The notes under the pieces: generated by a model
Database searches by the model: none
What the model was told of the DNA's origin: nothing
The model's input: only the letters and a program-made list of their open reading frames with translations
Part shown: in pieces, positions 1 through 13,060 of the stretch
How positions within the stretch are numbered: the first letter of the stretch is position 1
Layout: each line of letters starts with the position of its first letter
Origin: Malacoraja senta
Taxonomy: Eukaryota
DNA length: 64,000 nt
Direction: 5' to 3'
Assembly: GCA_038087875.1 (NCBI GenBank)
Contig: CM075982.1
Coordinates: 36,642,001 to 36,706,000 of the forward strand
Program-made: the position numbers and the translations under genes

Positions 1-322
1 TCTTTCTTCATATGAAAGTCCTGACATCCCAGGAATCAGCCTGGTGAACCTTCTCTGTACTCCTTCTATGGCAAGAATGTCTTTCCTCAGATTTGGAGAC
101 CAAAACTATACGCAATGCTCCAGGTGTGGTCTCACCAAGACCCTGTACAACTGCAGTAGAACCTCCCTGCTCCTATACTCAAATCCTTTTGCTATGAATG
201 CTAACATACCATTCGCTTTCTTCACTGCCTGCTGCACCTGCATGCCTACTTTCAATGACTGGTGTACCATGACACCCAGGTCTCGTTGCATCTCCCCTTT
301 TCCTAATCGGCCACCATTTAGA
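1..322 (-). mobile_element. CR1-clade LINE fragment (RT C-terminal region), cut by window edge
   Basis: Minus ORF LNGGRLGKGEMQRDLGVMVHQSLKVGMQVQQAVKKANGMLAFI...VRPHLE is nearly identical to the CR1 copy at about 20018-20340. Confidence 0.9.
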
Positions 323-980
323 CACATTAGGGTCGGGGAGAATTACCCGTTTCTGGAGGCAGTCACACCTGTGAGAGAGTAAAGGGCCTGTCCCACTAAC
401 GCGACTTTTCAGCGACTGTCTTTGACCTTCAAGCTCGAGGGCACTCGCCTGAAAAACTTTGAGCTGGATCGACCGTCATAGATGAAACTGTGAGCTAGAT
501 CGATCGACCACACACACACATCGCAAAGGCGGGGGCCAGGGAAAGGCGGGAGAGCGCTGTCTGAAATTCACACCCGTGATGAACAGGAAGGTAAAAGACA
601 GCTGGCACAGTTACGGTAAGTCCTTCAGAGAGAGCGGAGAGGGAGGGGGGGGAGAGAGGGGGAGAGAAGGAGTGGAGACACTTTTAAGAAGTCAGACTTT
701 TAATAAAGTTTAGCAGGCATTTAACATTACCGGTCGGTTTTCCTTGGTTCTGAAAACTCCAATGAGCCAATTAAAATGCCCGGTCAGCGAAGGAGATTGC
801 CTACGGCTGCCCTTGACTGCCTGTAACTACATAGCGACCCCACTCCAGTTCACGAGTTCAAAAGAACCATGCCGACCAGTTTTTACTCGCAGAAAAGTTT
901 TCAGCATGCTGAAAAAAATTTCGAGACCAATCTGAGGCCGCGAGTATGCGGGAACTTCCCTCGAGCGTGAAGGTGAGTTA

Positions 981-2140
981 AGGGGCTGTCCCACTGCGGC
1001 AACCTAATTTGCGAGTTTAGACGAGTTTGCGCTCGACTCAAACACACAGCATGGTCGACACGTGGTCCTAGGAGGTCACACGCTCGAAGGAAGTTCCCGC
1101 ACACTCGCGGCCTCAGTTTGGTCGAGGAATATTTTTCAGCATGCTGAAAACTTTTCTGCGAGTAAAAATTGGTCGGCATGGTTCTTTTGAACTCGTAGTG
1201 CAGTGGAGTGGGGTCGCTAGGCAGTCGAGGGCAGCAGTAGGCAATCTCCTTCACTGACCGGGCATTTTAAAAGGCTCATTGGAGTTTTTAGAACCAAGGA
1301 AAACCAACCGGCAATGTTAAATGCCTGCTAAACTTTAAAGTATCTCCACTCCTTCTTCCCCCCCCCCCCCCCCTCCCCCTCTCTCCTGGCTCTCTAAAGG
1401 ACTTACGGTAACTGTGCCAGCCGTCTTTTATCTTCCTGTTCATCACAGCTGTGAACTTCAGACAGCGCTTCCCGCAGGGGGGGGCGGGGGGTGTGTGAGT
1501 GTGAGTGTGGGCGTGTGTGCGTGTGCGGTGTGCGTGTGCGGTGTGCGTGGGTGTGGTGTGCGTGTGTGGTGTGCATGTGTGGTGTGCATGTGTGGTGTGC
1601 ATGTGTGGTGTGTGGTGTGTGCGGTGTGCGGTGTGCGGGTGTGGTGTGCGGTGTGCGTGTGTGGTGTGCGTGTGTGGTGTGCATGTGTGGTGTGCGTGTG
1701 CGTGTGTGGTGTGCGTGTGCGGTGTGCGGTGTGCGTGTGCGTTGTGCGTGTGCGGTGTGCGTGTGTGTGGTGTGCGTGTGTGGTGTGCGTGTGTGGTGTG
1801 CATGTGTGGTGTGTGTGTGCGTGTGTGGTGTGCGTGTGTGGTGTGCGTGTGTTGTGTGCATGTGTGGTGTGCGTGTGCGTGTGTGGTGTGCGTGTGCGGT
1901 GTGCATGTGTGGTGTGTGCGTGTGTGGTGTGCGCGGTGTGCGGTGTGCGTGTGTGTGGTGTGCGTGTGGTGTGCGTGTGGTGTGTGGTGTGTGTGTGCGT
2001 GTGGTTTCATCGCTGACGGTCGATCCAGCTCGCTGTTTCATCGCTGACGGTCGATCCAGCTCAAGGTTTTTCAGGCGAGTGCCCTCGAGCTCGAAGGTCG
2101 AAGACAGTCGCTGAAAAGTCGCGTTAGTGGAACAGGCCCT
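981..2140 (-). mobile_element. Same-family Harbinger-like MITE inserted in inverted orientation inside the outer copy
   Basis: TIRs AGGGGCTGTCCCACT...AGTGGAACAGGCCCT; exact TTA duplication at 978-980 and 2141-2143; body is the reverse complement of 383-977 plus 2144-2244. Confidence 0.8.
1490..2004. repeat. Compound (GT)n/(GTGTG)/(GTGC) microsatellite of about 510 bp
   Basis: Directly visible; it explains the low-complexity His/Thr and Cys/Val ORFs in all frames. Confidence 0.97.
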
Positions 2141-2249
2141 TTACAGTGACCTCCTAGGACCACGTGTCGACCATGCGGCGGGTTTGAGTCGAGCGCAAAC
2201 TCGTCTAAATTCGAAAATTAGGTTGCCGCAGTGGTACAGGCCCTTTACT

Positions 2250-4140
2250 GCTTCCAACTTGGTTAGGAGGAGGGAATGACTGCAAGTGAAGTAGGCAGGG
2301 GATAACAGTAAGGGCAGTAAGGTTAGATGAGCCTCAGCCATGAGCTTGACAAGTAGGGCTGAGATTCTTGCTCCCTGTGCAGAGGAGTGTGGGGGCTGTA
2401 GGAAGGATGAGAAACCTGACCATGACATCGTGCACCAGGAAGCCATTCAAGAGCGCAGAGAGAAGAGACACGTGGTCATCATTGGGTATTTGTCATGAAG
2501 ATACAGAGTCCAGAAGGCTGTGTAGCCTGCCGGGTGCCTGGGTTACATCATGTGGATACCATGATGTAGATAGAACAAGGAAACAGATTCTGCCAAGGGA
2601 ATTTATGCAACTGGGTACTAAATCGAAAAGCAGGACAAAAGAGGTAATAACCTCTGGATTGCTACCTGAGCCATGAACAATTTGGCATAGGGTTGTGAAG
2701 ATTAAAGAACTGCACCCATGGCTCAAAGATTGGTGTGGGAGAGGTGGATTTGAATTTGTGGGACGTTGGCACCAGTATTGGGGAAGGAGGGAGCTGTCTG
2801 GATTGACGGACTTCACTTGAACCAGGCTGGGAAACTAGGCAAATGACATAACTAGGGCCCTAGATAGGGCTTTAAAACTAAAGAGTGTGTATAGTGTGTG
2901 GGGCGGGTTATCAATAAAATGAAAATATATGGATGAAATTAAAGGGAAGGAGAGTGCAGGAGGGATTACTGAAGTCTCCAGAAGTAATAGGACAGGAAGT
3001 TTAAGAAGAGATAATAGTCTAAGGTTAGGCAAAATTAGGGCCAATATACGAAGAGGGGTGGAGAATACCGAACTAGAGGTGTTATATTTGAATGCACGCA
3101 GTATACGGATGACCTAATAGCAGAGTTAGAATTTGGTAGGTACAATGTTGTGGGCATCACAGAGACATGGCTGAGAGAGGATCAGAGCTGGGAGCTGAAT
3201 ATCCAAGTTACATGTCCTATTAAAAAGACAGATGGGTGGGCAATGAGGGTGGGGTAGCTCTGCTGTTCAGAAATGAAATTCCGTCCTCAGCAAGGCGTGA
3301 CATAGGATCAGATGTATAATCCTTGTGAATAGAACTAAAAAGACTGTCAGGATGAGAATACCCTGATGGAAGGTATTTACAGGCATCTGAACTGTAGCCG
3401 GAATGTAGGGTACAAATCACATCAAGAGATACAATTGTTATGTAAGAAAGGCAATGTTACAGTGGTCATCAGGGATTTCAATAAGTAGATAGACTGGGAA
3501 AATCAGGTTGGCATTGGATCTCAAGAGAATGAATTTGTAGAATGCCTACGAGATGGCTTCTTGTGGTCAAGCCTACTAGGGAAAAGGCAATTCCGGATTT
3601 GGTATTGAGCAAAGAACCAGGTGTGATTAGGAAGCTTAAAGTAAAGGAACTCCTAGGTGGTAGTGACCATAATATAAAATCCAACTTACAATTTGAGAAG
3701 GAGAAGATGAATTTGGATGTGTCTGTGTTACTATCTAGTAAAGGTGATTACAGAGGTATGAGGGAATAGCTGGCTAAGGTTGATTGGAAAGGGACCCGAG
3801 CAGGAATGACAGTGGAGCAGCAATGGCAGGAGTTTCTGGGAATAATTTGGAAGACCTAGGATTTTTTCATCCCAATGAGACGACCGTGGCTGACAAGGGA
3901 AGTCAAAGACAGCATAAAACTAAAAGAGAGGGACATAATGTTGCAAAGATCAGTGGGAAGCTGGAGGTTTGCGAAGCTTTTAAAAACCAACAGAAGGGAA
4001 CAAAAAAGACAACACGGGGAGAAAAGATGAACTATGAAGGTAAGCTAGCCAATAATATTAAATCGGATAGAAAAAGTTTCTTCTGATATATAAAGAGTAA
4101 AGAATAAGGACGAGTGATAATATGGAATAAAGAAATGGCA
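2250..4140 (+). mobile_element. Degenerate CR1 LINE (ORF1 remnant plus ORF2 AP-endonuclease region)
   Basis: Broken ORFs LEVLYLNARSIR, PTREKAIPDLVLS and LGGSDHN; many stops; boundaries approximate. Confidence 0.8.
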
Positions 4141-4395
4141 GATTAATTTAGCAAGAGTAGAACATTTCCCAATTGGAAATTTACATAAAAATCGTCGCAA
4201 TAATCAAGTCAGTAAAATCTTTAATTTGCTAACTAAGAACAAGAATAAAATTAACCAACAGATAAACTGAGCAAAGCTTCTAATTTTCGAGATGGAAGTT
4301 CAGCACAAGGTAGAAGAATCCCCAACATCTAAATACGTTGCACCATTATCCATTTTTACCGTGGAAATCCCAAACAGTCTCCATCACGTACTTAC

Positions 4396-4459
4396 CATTG
4401 ACGCCTGGTAACACCGCGAACTTTACTGCGATGTTCATTATCAGTTCCAGACCAGCCAC
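4396..4459 (-). CDS. BPI/LBP-family (BPI-fold) gene, exon 13 equivalent (64 bp)
   Basis: ag|GTG...AATG|gtaagt; VAGLELIMNIAVKFAVLPGVN vs human BPI [21 protein letters not shown]; size and phase 0->1 match. Confidence 0.85.
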
Positions 4460-5039
4460 CTTCAACAAGACATTTTGAGAAAGAAAATGTCAAAAAAGAT
4501 CCTCTCAGTTTAATATCCTAGGATAATGTAATGTTTACGGTGGGGAGTGGGGAGTGATGGTGTACAACATTGTTGTGGGGGGCTGGAATTGACAACCCAA
4601 AGACCACTCATATGAACAAGGAAGTCTCAAGCTTCCCAGGATGTCCTCACTGTGGTCCTCTTGACCGCACTCTTGAGCAGAACTGCTCATGGGGTTGAAG
4701 GTTGGAATGTTAGCTTCCTGTTAGCTCATTGAGGAATCTGGAGAGGGAGCTGACCCGGGTTAGAACTGAAACAGACTCAGTGACTACATTTATTTCAGTG
4801 GAGAGGAATGGCTCTATCAGAGACAGGTGCATTATTCAACATATGATTATGGGGAGACCCAGCATGGAAGCAGGCACTTCAGTCCATCCAAATCGTTACT
4901 GGCCAAGAAGTACTGACCACCGTCTCTTTAAGAACACAGACTGCTAGTTACGCTGTGAGAGCCCATTGAAATTGGCATGCAATTGCATCGATCAACACTG
5001 ATGCAAGGATGGGGTAACTCAGTGGATAAGGCAGCATCT

Positions 5040-6345
5040 ATGTCCAGGACACCTCGCACGCCCTTCAACAATAACAACTTTCGGTTTCCAGGCCCCCATT
5101 CATTCCTCTTTACCATGGACATCATCCCCTCTACACCTCCATCAGTCATCAGGAGGCCTTAAGACCTTTTCGCTTCTTCCTCGAACAAAGACCCAACCAA
5201 TTTCACTCTGCTAACACCCTCCTCTACTTGTTCTCAACCTCACCAACCTCTCCTTTGACTCCTCCCACTTTCTCCAAATCAAAGGCGTGGCCATGGCCAC
5301 TCGTATGGACCCATCTATAGCTGCCTTTTTGTCAGGTATGTTGAACAGTCCTTATTCCAGGTGCACAGGGGCCCTATCCCCCAACTCTTTCTCTGCTATC
5401 TCAACGACTGGGGTAGCTCCTGCACCCGTGCAGAACTCATGGACTTTATTAACTTCACCACTAACTTTCAACCTGCTTTCAAATTCACCTGGACTATCTC
5501 GGACACTTCTCTCTCCCCTCTCTCGATCCCTCTGTCTCCGTCACAGGAGACAGACTATCAACAGACATCTATTACAAACCTACTGACTCGCACAGCTATT
5601 TGGACCACACTCCTTTCCATTGCAAAGGTGCTGTTCCCTATTCTCAAGTCTTCTGTTTCCACTGCATCTGCGCCCAAGGTGAGGTGTTCCATACTAGTAC
5701 AACTGAGATGTCACAAATGTCTCCTGTGTCCTGTAGTTCTGCTATTCTCCTACCTCCAGATGCAACATGGACAGAGGTCCCTGGTTCTCACCATTCACCC
5801 TACCAGCCTCCGCATTCAACACACTATCCTCCGACATTTGTGTAATCTCCCAACGGATTACATCACTAATCACATCTTCCCATCTCTATCCCTTTCCGCA
5901 TTCTGTAGGAACCACTCCCTCCACAGCCCCTTGGCTCACTCATCCCTTCCCACCTAAACCACCCCCTCCCCCAGGTACCTTCCCCTGTAATAACCTGTCC
6001 TAATACCGTCTCTCGAATCCATCCAGGGATCCAGGCAGGATAGACAGAGGTTCACATGTACGTCCTCTAACCTCATCTACTGCAACTGGTGCTCCTGATA
6101 TGGTCTCCTGTATATTCGCGAGACCAAACATAGACTCGGTGACTATTTCGCTGAACACTTACGCTTGGTCCTGGTTGCCAACCTTTTAAATTCCCCTTCC
6201 TGTTCCATACTGACCTTTCTGTCCTGGACCTCCTTCATTGCCGGAGTGAAGCCACACACACATTGGAGGAACACAACCTCATATTTTGCTCGAGTACCTC
6301 ACAACCCAGCAATATGAATACTGAATTATTTCATTTTAAGTAACT
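5040..6345 (+). mobile_element. Degenerate Penelope-like retroelement (RT plus GIY-YIG)
   Basis: GVAMATRMDPS resembles PLE RT GVAMGTRMGPS; DFINFTTNFQPAFKFTW; LVLTIHPTS; 3' part resembles SSNLIYC...YIGET. Confidence 0.8.
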
Positions 6346-6894
6346 TTCAAACTCCCCTCCCCCTAGGCTCCTATCTGATCATTTTTAGCACTCCACTGAG
6401 CCGCAACAATCAAACGCCAGCTTTGAAGATAAGATGCTGCTACTAGATATGTACTGTTGAGGTAGTGTGAATATGGCAGCTCATCCCTCAGATATAGGCC
6501 AGACCAAACTGTCCCATAGAACCTTGTGCATTCCAGCACAGACAACAAAGGGTCCAATAGGATTTGGATGAGAGGAAGAGCTACTATCAACACTGGCTAC
6601 TTCATCTCAACTAGGTAGATAGAAGATAGCAACATTTACATTCCAGATTGGACATTTCCAAAGACATTGTTTCTCGTGATTTTGGATTGAAAGAGCTGAA
6701 GAACTCTTCAAGTAGAATCACAATATTAACACATCAGTATTTTGAAATATCGAGGAATTTCAAAAGAATATCAGCAAGAAACATTTGACACCAAGACAAG
6801 GGAACACTAGGGTAATGACTAAAAGTTTGGTCAAAGAATTAGACTTGAAGTAGGGTCGATAAGGAAGAGATGGTGAGAGAGGCAAGAGATGGAA

Positions 6895-9500
6895 CGTTTC
6901 AGGTGGTGAACTCCAAATTCAGATGTCCTGGAGTGGAAAGCCAACAAATGCTGCAGAGACAGAGAAACTGCGAGAAAGGGATGACATCCTGAGAAGAAAG
7001 AAGGCAGGAGGATATGTAGTGAAGTTGGCTGTGGGTGTCAGTGAGTTTGTAGCAGATGTCTGTGGACAGACTATCTCCCGAAATGGAGACAGAGAGATCA
7101 AGAAAGGAAAAAGAGATGTGACAAGAGTCCAAGTAAATTTGAGGGCAGCATGGAAATTGATGAAGTTCATGAAATCAACAAATACTGCACTAGACACAAT
7201 AAGCTGGAGTAACTCAGCGGGTCAGACAGCATCTCTGGAGAAAAGGAATAGATGATGTTTTGGGTCGAGACCCTTCTTCAGACTGAGAGTCAGGGGAAAG
7301 AGGAACGATAGATATAGATGGTGATATAGCAAATGCAGGTGGCAGCACCAATGCAGTGCAGAACAAGTTGAGGTGGTTCTAGGGGTATATTTCGAACAAA
7401 GAGTATTCAATGTTGTGAAGGGAAAGGCAGGCCTAGCTAGATCCCATGTGAGTGCCCATGGCTGAGAGGAATCAAAAGAAGTTCCAACGGGTGAGGATAT
7501 GTTCCAACAGGTGGAGGTGAGCGCAAGTTGAGGAGAAGGTTGTTCGTTCTCTGTTCTAGGAAGAACTAGGACGCGTGCTGAAGGACTGCGCAGACCAGCT
7601 GGCTGGAGTCTTTACGAGGATTTTCAACCAGTCTCTGGCCCAGTCCACTGTCCCATCCTGTCTGAAGTCCTCCACCATAGTCCCCTTGCCCAAAAAAAAA
7701 ACCACATTTCCAGTCTCAACGACTACCGGCCAGTCGCACTCACACCAGTGGTGATGAAGTGCTTTGAAAAACTGGTCCGGGTTCACATCACATCACTCCT
7801 GCCCCGAAGCTTTGACCTCCACCAGTTTGCGTATAGAGCGAATAGATCCACAGAGGATGCTGTAGCCACAGCCCTCCATGCTGCACTGTCACATCTGGAG
7901 CAGCGGGGGAGCTACGTGCGGATGCTCTTTGTGGACTACAGCTCTGCTTTTAACACCATCCTTCCCCACAAACTGGTGGACAAACTGGGGGACCTGGGAC
8001 TTCCACACTCCACCTGCATGTGGATAAAGAGCTTCCTGTCGGGTCGCAGTCAGAGAGTCAGAGTGGGCCATCACACATCTACGGCCCTCAGCCTCAGTAC
8101 CCGGCTCTCCACAGGGCTGCGTGCTGAGCCCCCTGCTTTACACCATCTACACATATGACTGCACCCCCGCCCACCACAGTAACACCATTGTCAAATTCGC
8201 GGATGACACCACGGTGGTGGGGCTCATCTCTGGGGGGGATGAGTACGCCTACAGGGATGAGGTGGAGCAGCTGACAGGGTGGTGTGGAGAAAATAACCTG
8301 CTCCTCAACACCTCAAAGACCAAGGAGCTCATAGTAGACTACAGAAAGAAGAAAACGGACATTACACCACTAATCATTGATGGGGACTGTGTGGAGAGGG
8401 TGGCGGATTTCCGCTTCCTGGGAATCCACATTGAGGAGGACCTGACTTGGAGCGTGAACACCTCTGCGCTGCTCAAAAAGGTCCAGCAGAGACTGTACTT
8501 CCTGAGGGTGCTCAGGAAGAACAACATCACCCAGAGACTGCTGCTATCCTTTTATCGATGCTCAATAGAGAGCATCTTAACATACTGTGTATGCGTGTGG
8601 TACACCAGCTGCACAGCGGCTAAGAGGAAAGCGCTCCAGAGGGCTATTGACAATGCCCAGAAGATTATCGGCTGCCCTTTCCTCACCTTGGAGGACCTAC
8701 ACAGTTCCCACTGTCTCAAAAAATTGCAGAAGATCATAAAGGACATTTTCCACCCCGGTCACTCCCTGTTTGTACTGCTGCCGTCAGGCAGACGGTACAG
8801 ATCAATGAGGACAAGGACAAACAGACTCAAAAACAGTTTTTATCCCACAGCAATAAATACACTTAATGGAGCCACCAAATGAGTACAGGTGTGCTACACA
8901 CCAAAGGGACTGTGAAATCGACAGAAGAATGTGTTTTTTTTCATGTTATTTATTTTAGTTGTTTATCTTAGACTTTTGCTCTAAGAAAATGTGTGAATGG
9001 TGCACTGACTGGTTGGCATTTGTAATTTCGTTGTACATGTTTACATGTTATAATGACAATAAAGTATTCATTCATTCATTCATTCATTCATTCAAATGGA
9101 GAGCACTAAGGCCTTCCTGGTGGGGGATGGGGTGCGAAGGTACTGGACGTCCATGGTATAGATTAGGAAGTGTGGGACAAGGCATTAGAATTTGAGGTAT
9201 GAGGAGATGACTTCGGTAGGGCAAAAGCAATGTAAACAAAGGGCCGGCTTGCTAGGGTACTCATGTCCATGGAATTGGGCTGGAGATAGAAACAGGCAGT
9301 GCAGGGTTTGGGAACAACTAGAGTGGTAGTTGGGGAGGGAACATTGTCAGAAGGCATGAGATCTGTGATGGATTGGGAGATAGTGGTCTGATGTTTGTCG
9401 GTGATGTCATGGTCAAGGGGTGTGTATGAAGAGATGTTCGAGAGGCTCAGCATGGTAGAGTTCTGTCAGCTAGATTACATCAGCACCACCCTTGTCCGTT
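6895..9500 (-). mobile_element. Degenerate Penelope-like fragments, host of the Rex1 LINE at 7567-9094, with a pLTR piece at about 7190-7320
   Basis: FINFHAALKFTW and FLDLSVSISGD remnants; host sequence ...ctaggaagaa|aatggagagc... resumes after the LINE. Confidence 0.65.
7567..9094 (+). mobile_element. 5'-truncated Rex1/Babar-type LINE
   Basis: RT motifs [25 protein letters not shown] and [12 protein letters not shown]; frameshift near 8100; AATAAA at 9058 followed by a (TTCA)n tail. Confidence 0.88.
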
Positions 9501-9887
9501 CCCTCCATAAACGCTGCCTGACACGCTGACTTCCTCCAGAACTTTGTTTTTAACTCAATTCCACCATTTGCAGTTGCAGTCACATTCAGAACTTTGGTTG
9601 TTTATTATCTGGGGCTACATGATCATCATCACTGCACAAGGTGTTGGTCATGGACCTGAGAACTTTGGTTCCATCATCCACTGAGGATTTCCCAACACTT
9701 TCTGCTTGTATTTAAAATCTTCAACATCCTTTGAACCTTTGGCCCACAGTGTCCATGCCAAAAATGTTGCCAAGTTTAACTAATGTCGCCTCTGCATGCA
9801 CGTGATCCACATCCCTCCCTATTCAGTGAGGTGGAAGTATCTTCCTAAATGTTGTGATGAGACACTTCCAAGTTAAGTTCAGAAAGG

Positions 9888-10730
9888 AAGGTAGACAAAA
9901 GTGCTGGAGAAACTCAGCGGGTGCAGCAGCATCTATGGAGCGAAGGAAATAGGCAACGTTTCGGGCCGAAACCCTTCTTCAGACTGATGGAGGGTGGGGG
10001 AGCGGGGAGAAGAAAGGAAAAAGGAGGAGGAGCCCAAGGGCTGAGTGAGAGCTAGGAAGGGGAGGAGACAGCAAGGGCTACCGGAATTGGGAGAATTCAA
10101 TGTTTATACCACCAGGATGCAGACTGCCCAAGCGGAATATGAGGTGCTGCTCCTCCAATTTACGGTGGTGCTCACTCTGGCCATGGAGGAGGCCCAGGAC
10201 AGAGAGGTCGGATACGGAATGGGAGGGGGAGTTGAAGTGCTGAGCCACCGGGAGGTCAGGTTGGTTAATGCGAAACGATCGCCAAGCCTATGCTTGGTCT
10301 CACCGATGTAGATCAGCTGACATCTAGAGCAGCGGATGCAATAGATGAGGTTGGAGGAGATGCAGGTGAACCTCTGTCGCACCTGGAACGACTGCTTGGG
10401 TCCTTGAATGGAGTCGAGGGGGGAGGTAAAGCGACAAGTGTAGCATCTCTTGCGGTTGCAAGGGAAAGTGCCCGGGGAGGGGGTGGTGCGGGAGGGAAGG
10501 GAAGAATTGACAAGGGAGTTACGGAGGGAGCGGGCTTTGCGGAAAGCAGACGGGGGGGAGATGGGAAGATGTGGCGAGTGGTGGGGTCACGTTGGAGGTG
10601 GCAAAACTGACGGAAGATTATTTGATGTATGTGACGGCTAGTGGGGTGAAAGGTGAGGACTAGGGGGACTCTGCCCTTGTTGCGAGTGGGGGGATGGGGA
10701 GAGAGAGTAGTGCTACGGGCGTCTGCCAAG
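9888..10730 (-). mobile_element. 5'-truncated Penelope-like element (GIY-YIG end plus pLTR with intact hammerhead-like core at 9951-9988)
   Basis: VPLVLTFHPTS and SSNLIYCIRCSRCQLIYIGETKHRLGDRF; minus strand reads CTGAAGAAGGGTTTCGGCCCGAAACGTT. Confidence 0.85.
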
Positions 10731-10946
10731 TTAAGATGACTAGAATCGGCGTATTAAGGTGCTGTTACACTGTGCCACCATAACGTTGTTTTTGAATTGA
10801 ACAATGGTATTTAATTGCTTTAAAAAGTGTAACGCTTACCTTCTTATATGATGACTGTTACTTTGATCACTGACTAATTTGCACCCAAGACTCAAGTTTC
10901 ATCTCAAACAAACAAGACTTAAAATCATACAAGAAGATTTTCTTAC

Positions 10947-10989
10947 CGGAACAGGGCCAACATTAGAACGACCAAGAGACAATTTCAGA
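10947..10989 (-). CDS. BPI/LBP-family gene, exon 12 equivalent (43 bp)
   Basis: tttttgtacag|T...CCG|gtaaga; (S)LKLSLGRSNVGPVP vs BPI RLLLELKHSNIGPFP; 43 bp, phase 2->0. Confidence 0.88.
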
Positions 10990-11771
10990 CTGTACAAAAA
11001 GACAAAGTAAAAAAGCAGAACACCATTACATCACAAAGGGAATTGTCTGGATTTTAACAATGTTTGTGCAATCTGACTTTAAACTCCTTCAGTAGATAAT
11101 GGTACAGTGAAGTGAGACAACAAGCAACAAATATAATGGCAGCTTGGGTTTGTACTGAATACTTGGATGGACAGGATAGGATCGCAGACATTTTTAAACT
11201 ACCCCACATTTCCAGAGGCGCTGTTCTCTTTGCATCCTGAGATCCAGACGTATCGCCAGGCCTCAGTGCACGCATGCCCTTGACCTCTCCCTGCAACAGC
11301 ACCGACCCTTTCTATCTCAGTGCTGTCCGAGCACACAGTTTCACTTTATCCTTTGCCACATTCAGTGCTGCAGGAAACAGTTTTACTTATTTTCAGATGG
11401 CAAGGATGGCAAACTTCAACAGCCTTTGGTCTTCAATAGCCCAACTGACATTTCTCCTCCTCTACTTTCCTCTGGCCTCCCTCTCTCCCCTCCAGTTTCA
11501 GCCCTTGCCGTGTTTTCACCTCAATCCGTCTGATCTTCCCCTCTCTGATCCTGAACAATGGCCACACTAACAAGCATTTTTTCTTGTTTTTGTTTATATT
11601 CACAGGGTCTGAGATCTGCTCAACATGGTCATAGATTCATAATTTCACAACTGGAATGCATGCAGGCTTGATATTTACCTTATATTCACAGATATTTCTT
11701 CCCATATGCAGCCAAACACAATAAAGATGGCTGTGGCACAAATGCTAGCTTCTAATCGGAATAAGGAATGA

Positions 11772-12075
11772 GGGGCGGCATAGTGGTGCAATGGTAGAGC
11801 TGCTGCCTCACAGCTCCAGAGACCCGAGTTTGATCCTGACCTCGAGTGCTGTCTGTGTGGAGTTTGCACCTTCTCCCTGTGACCATGTGGGGTTCCTCCG
11901 GGTGCTCCGGTTTCCTCCCATATCCTAATGATGTGCAGATTTATAGGCTAATTGGATGATGTAAATTACTCCTAGTGTGTGCAAGTGGGATAACAGGAGT
12001 CGTGTGAACGAGTGAGCGATGGTCAGTGTGGATTCGACGTGCCAATGGGCCTGTTTCCAGGCTGTAGCTAAACTA
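11772..12075 (+). mobile_element. tRNA-derived V-SINE (HE1-like)
   Basis: A/B-box-like head followed by the V-domain tgtctgtgtggagtttgcaccttctccc; homologous to 13971-14276. Confidence 0.75.
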
Positions 12076-12992
12076 ACATAACATGCATGAACTAAAATAA
12101 CATGCAAAATGTCACGTTTATCAGAGGAATGATATGATTTATGATTATGATGCTACCTGATAACCTCTTGCTTGTTGCATGAAAAATATTTCTTTATCCT
12201 TTTTTCAACTTTGAAAAGAGATCATAATCAATTTAAATGGCATCGCGTCTCATGGCATATAATGATCTCCTGATGAAACACTGGCATTTGGGTGAGTTAT
12301 ATGTGAGCTCGATGGTGAAAATCAGTTGCTCGAACTTTATCTTATTCAATGCACCCACTTTGACAAATTCCATTCAATGTCACGAGACAGAAGTTTCAGA
12401 AAATTCTGGTGGATTAATCCTAATACAGAGGCTGCATCCTCTCTGAGATTAACTAATAACGTACATCGAGGGTCAAATTTATTTAGATGTATCTTACTCG
12501 ACAGGCTTCGGTACTATGTTAATAAAGGAAATAAGCAAAAAAATTAATCAATAATGACTGAATTTGGCTATTAATGAATGGTAATTGTTAGTTGTGCATT
12601 CAGTATAAAAGTTATGGATTGAAGCCCCAATCTAAACATTTGAACACATAATCCACACTAATTTTAAGGTTTCGGCCTGAAACGTTGCCTATTTCCTTCG
12701 CTTCCTTGTGCACCCGCTGAGTTTCTCCAGCATTTTTGTGTACCTCTAATTTTAACTATGACTGATTTTTTGCAGGGATAGCTCCATCCACAAATTCAGA
12801 TGGTTAAAGATGTTTGAACATTTTGCCAATACAGAGCAGGTCGTTTTTCCAGTATCCCTCTGATGTGTATTTATTCTCCAATGCCAAGGATCTTCGATGT
12901 TTGTTGTAATAAATTGTGTGGTAATTATCTTACCCTGCACAGACTGGGGCCATGTGAGGGCATGAATGGTCTTTCAGTTGTCTTTCCCTTAC

Positions 12993-13060
12993 CTATTCAG
13001 TTTTAGGGATCCAATCAGTTTCATCTGAACGATACGCACACGAGCAGAGACACTCGCTTG
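12993..13060 (-). CDS. BPI/LBP-family gene, exon 11 equivalent (68 bp)
   Basis: ttgttgcag|CAA...AATAG|gtaagg; QASVSARVRIVQMKLIGSLKLN(S) vs BPI [23 protein letters not shown]. Confidence 0.9.

Larger units (their letters stand above)
383..2244 (+). mobile_element. Non-autonomous PIF/Harbinger-like MITE (outer copy), split by an inner copy at 981-2140
   Basis: TIRs AGGGCCTGTCCCACT...AGTGGTACAGGCCCT, flanked by TAA (380-382) and TTA (2245-2247). TWA targets are typical of PIF/Harbinger. Confidence 0.75.

Noticed and set aside
1288-2114. Long His/Thr-rich and Cys/Val-rich ORFs in several frames
   Set aside because: Translation artefacts of the GT microsatellite.
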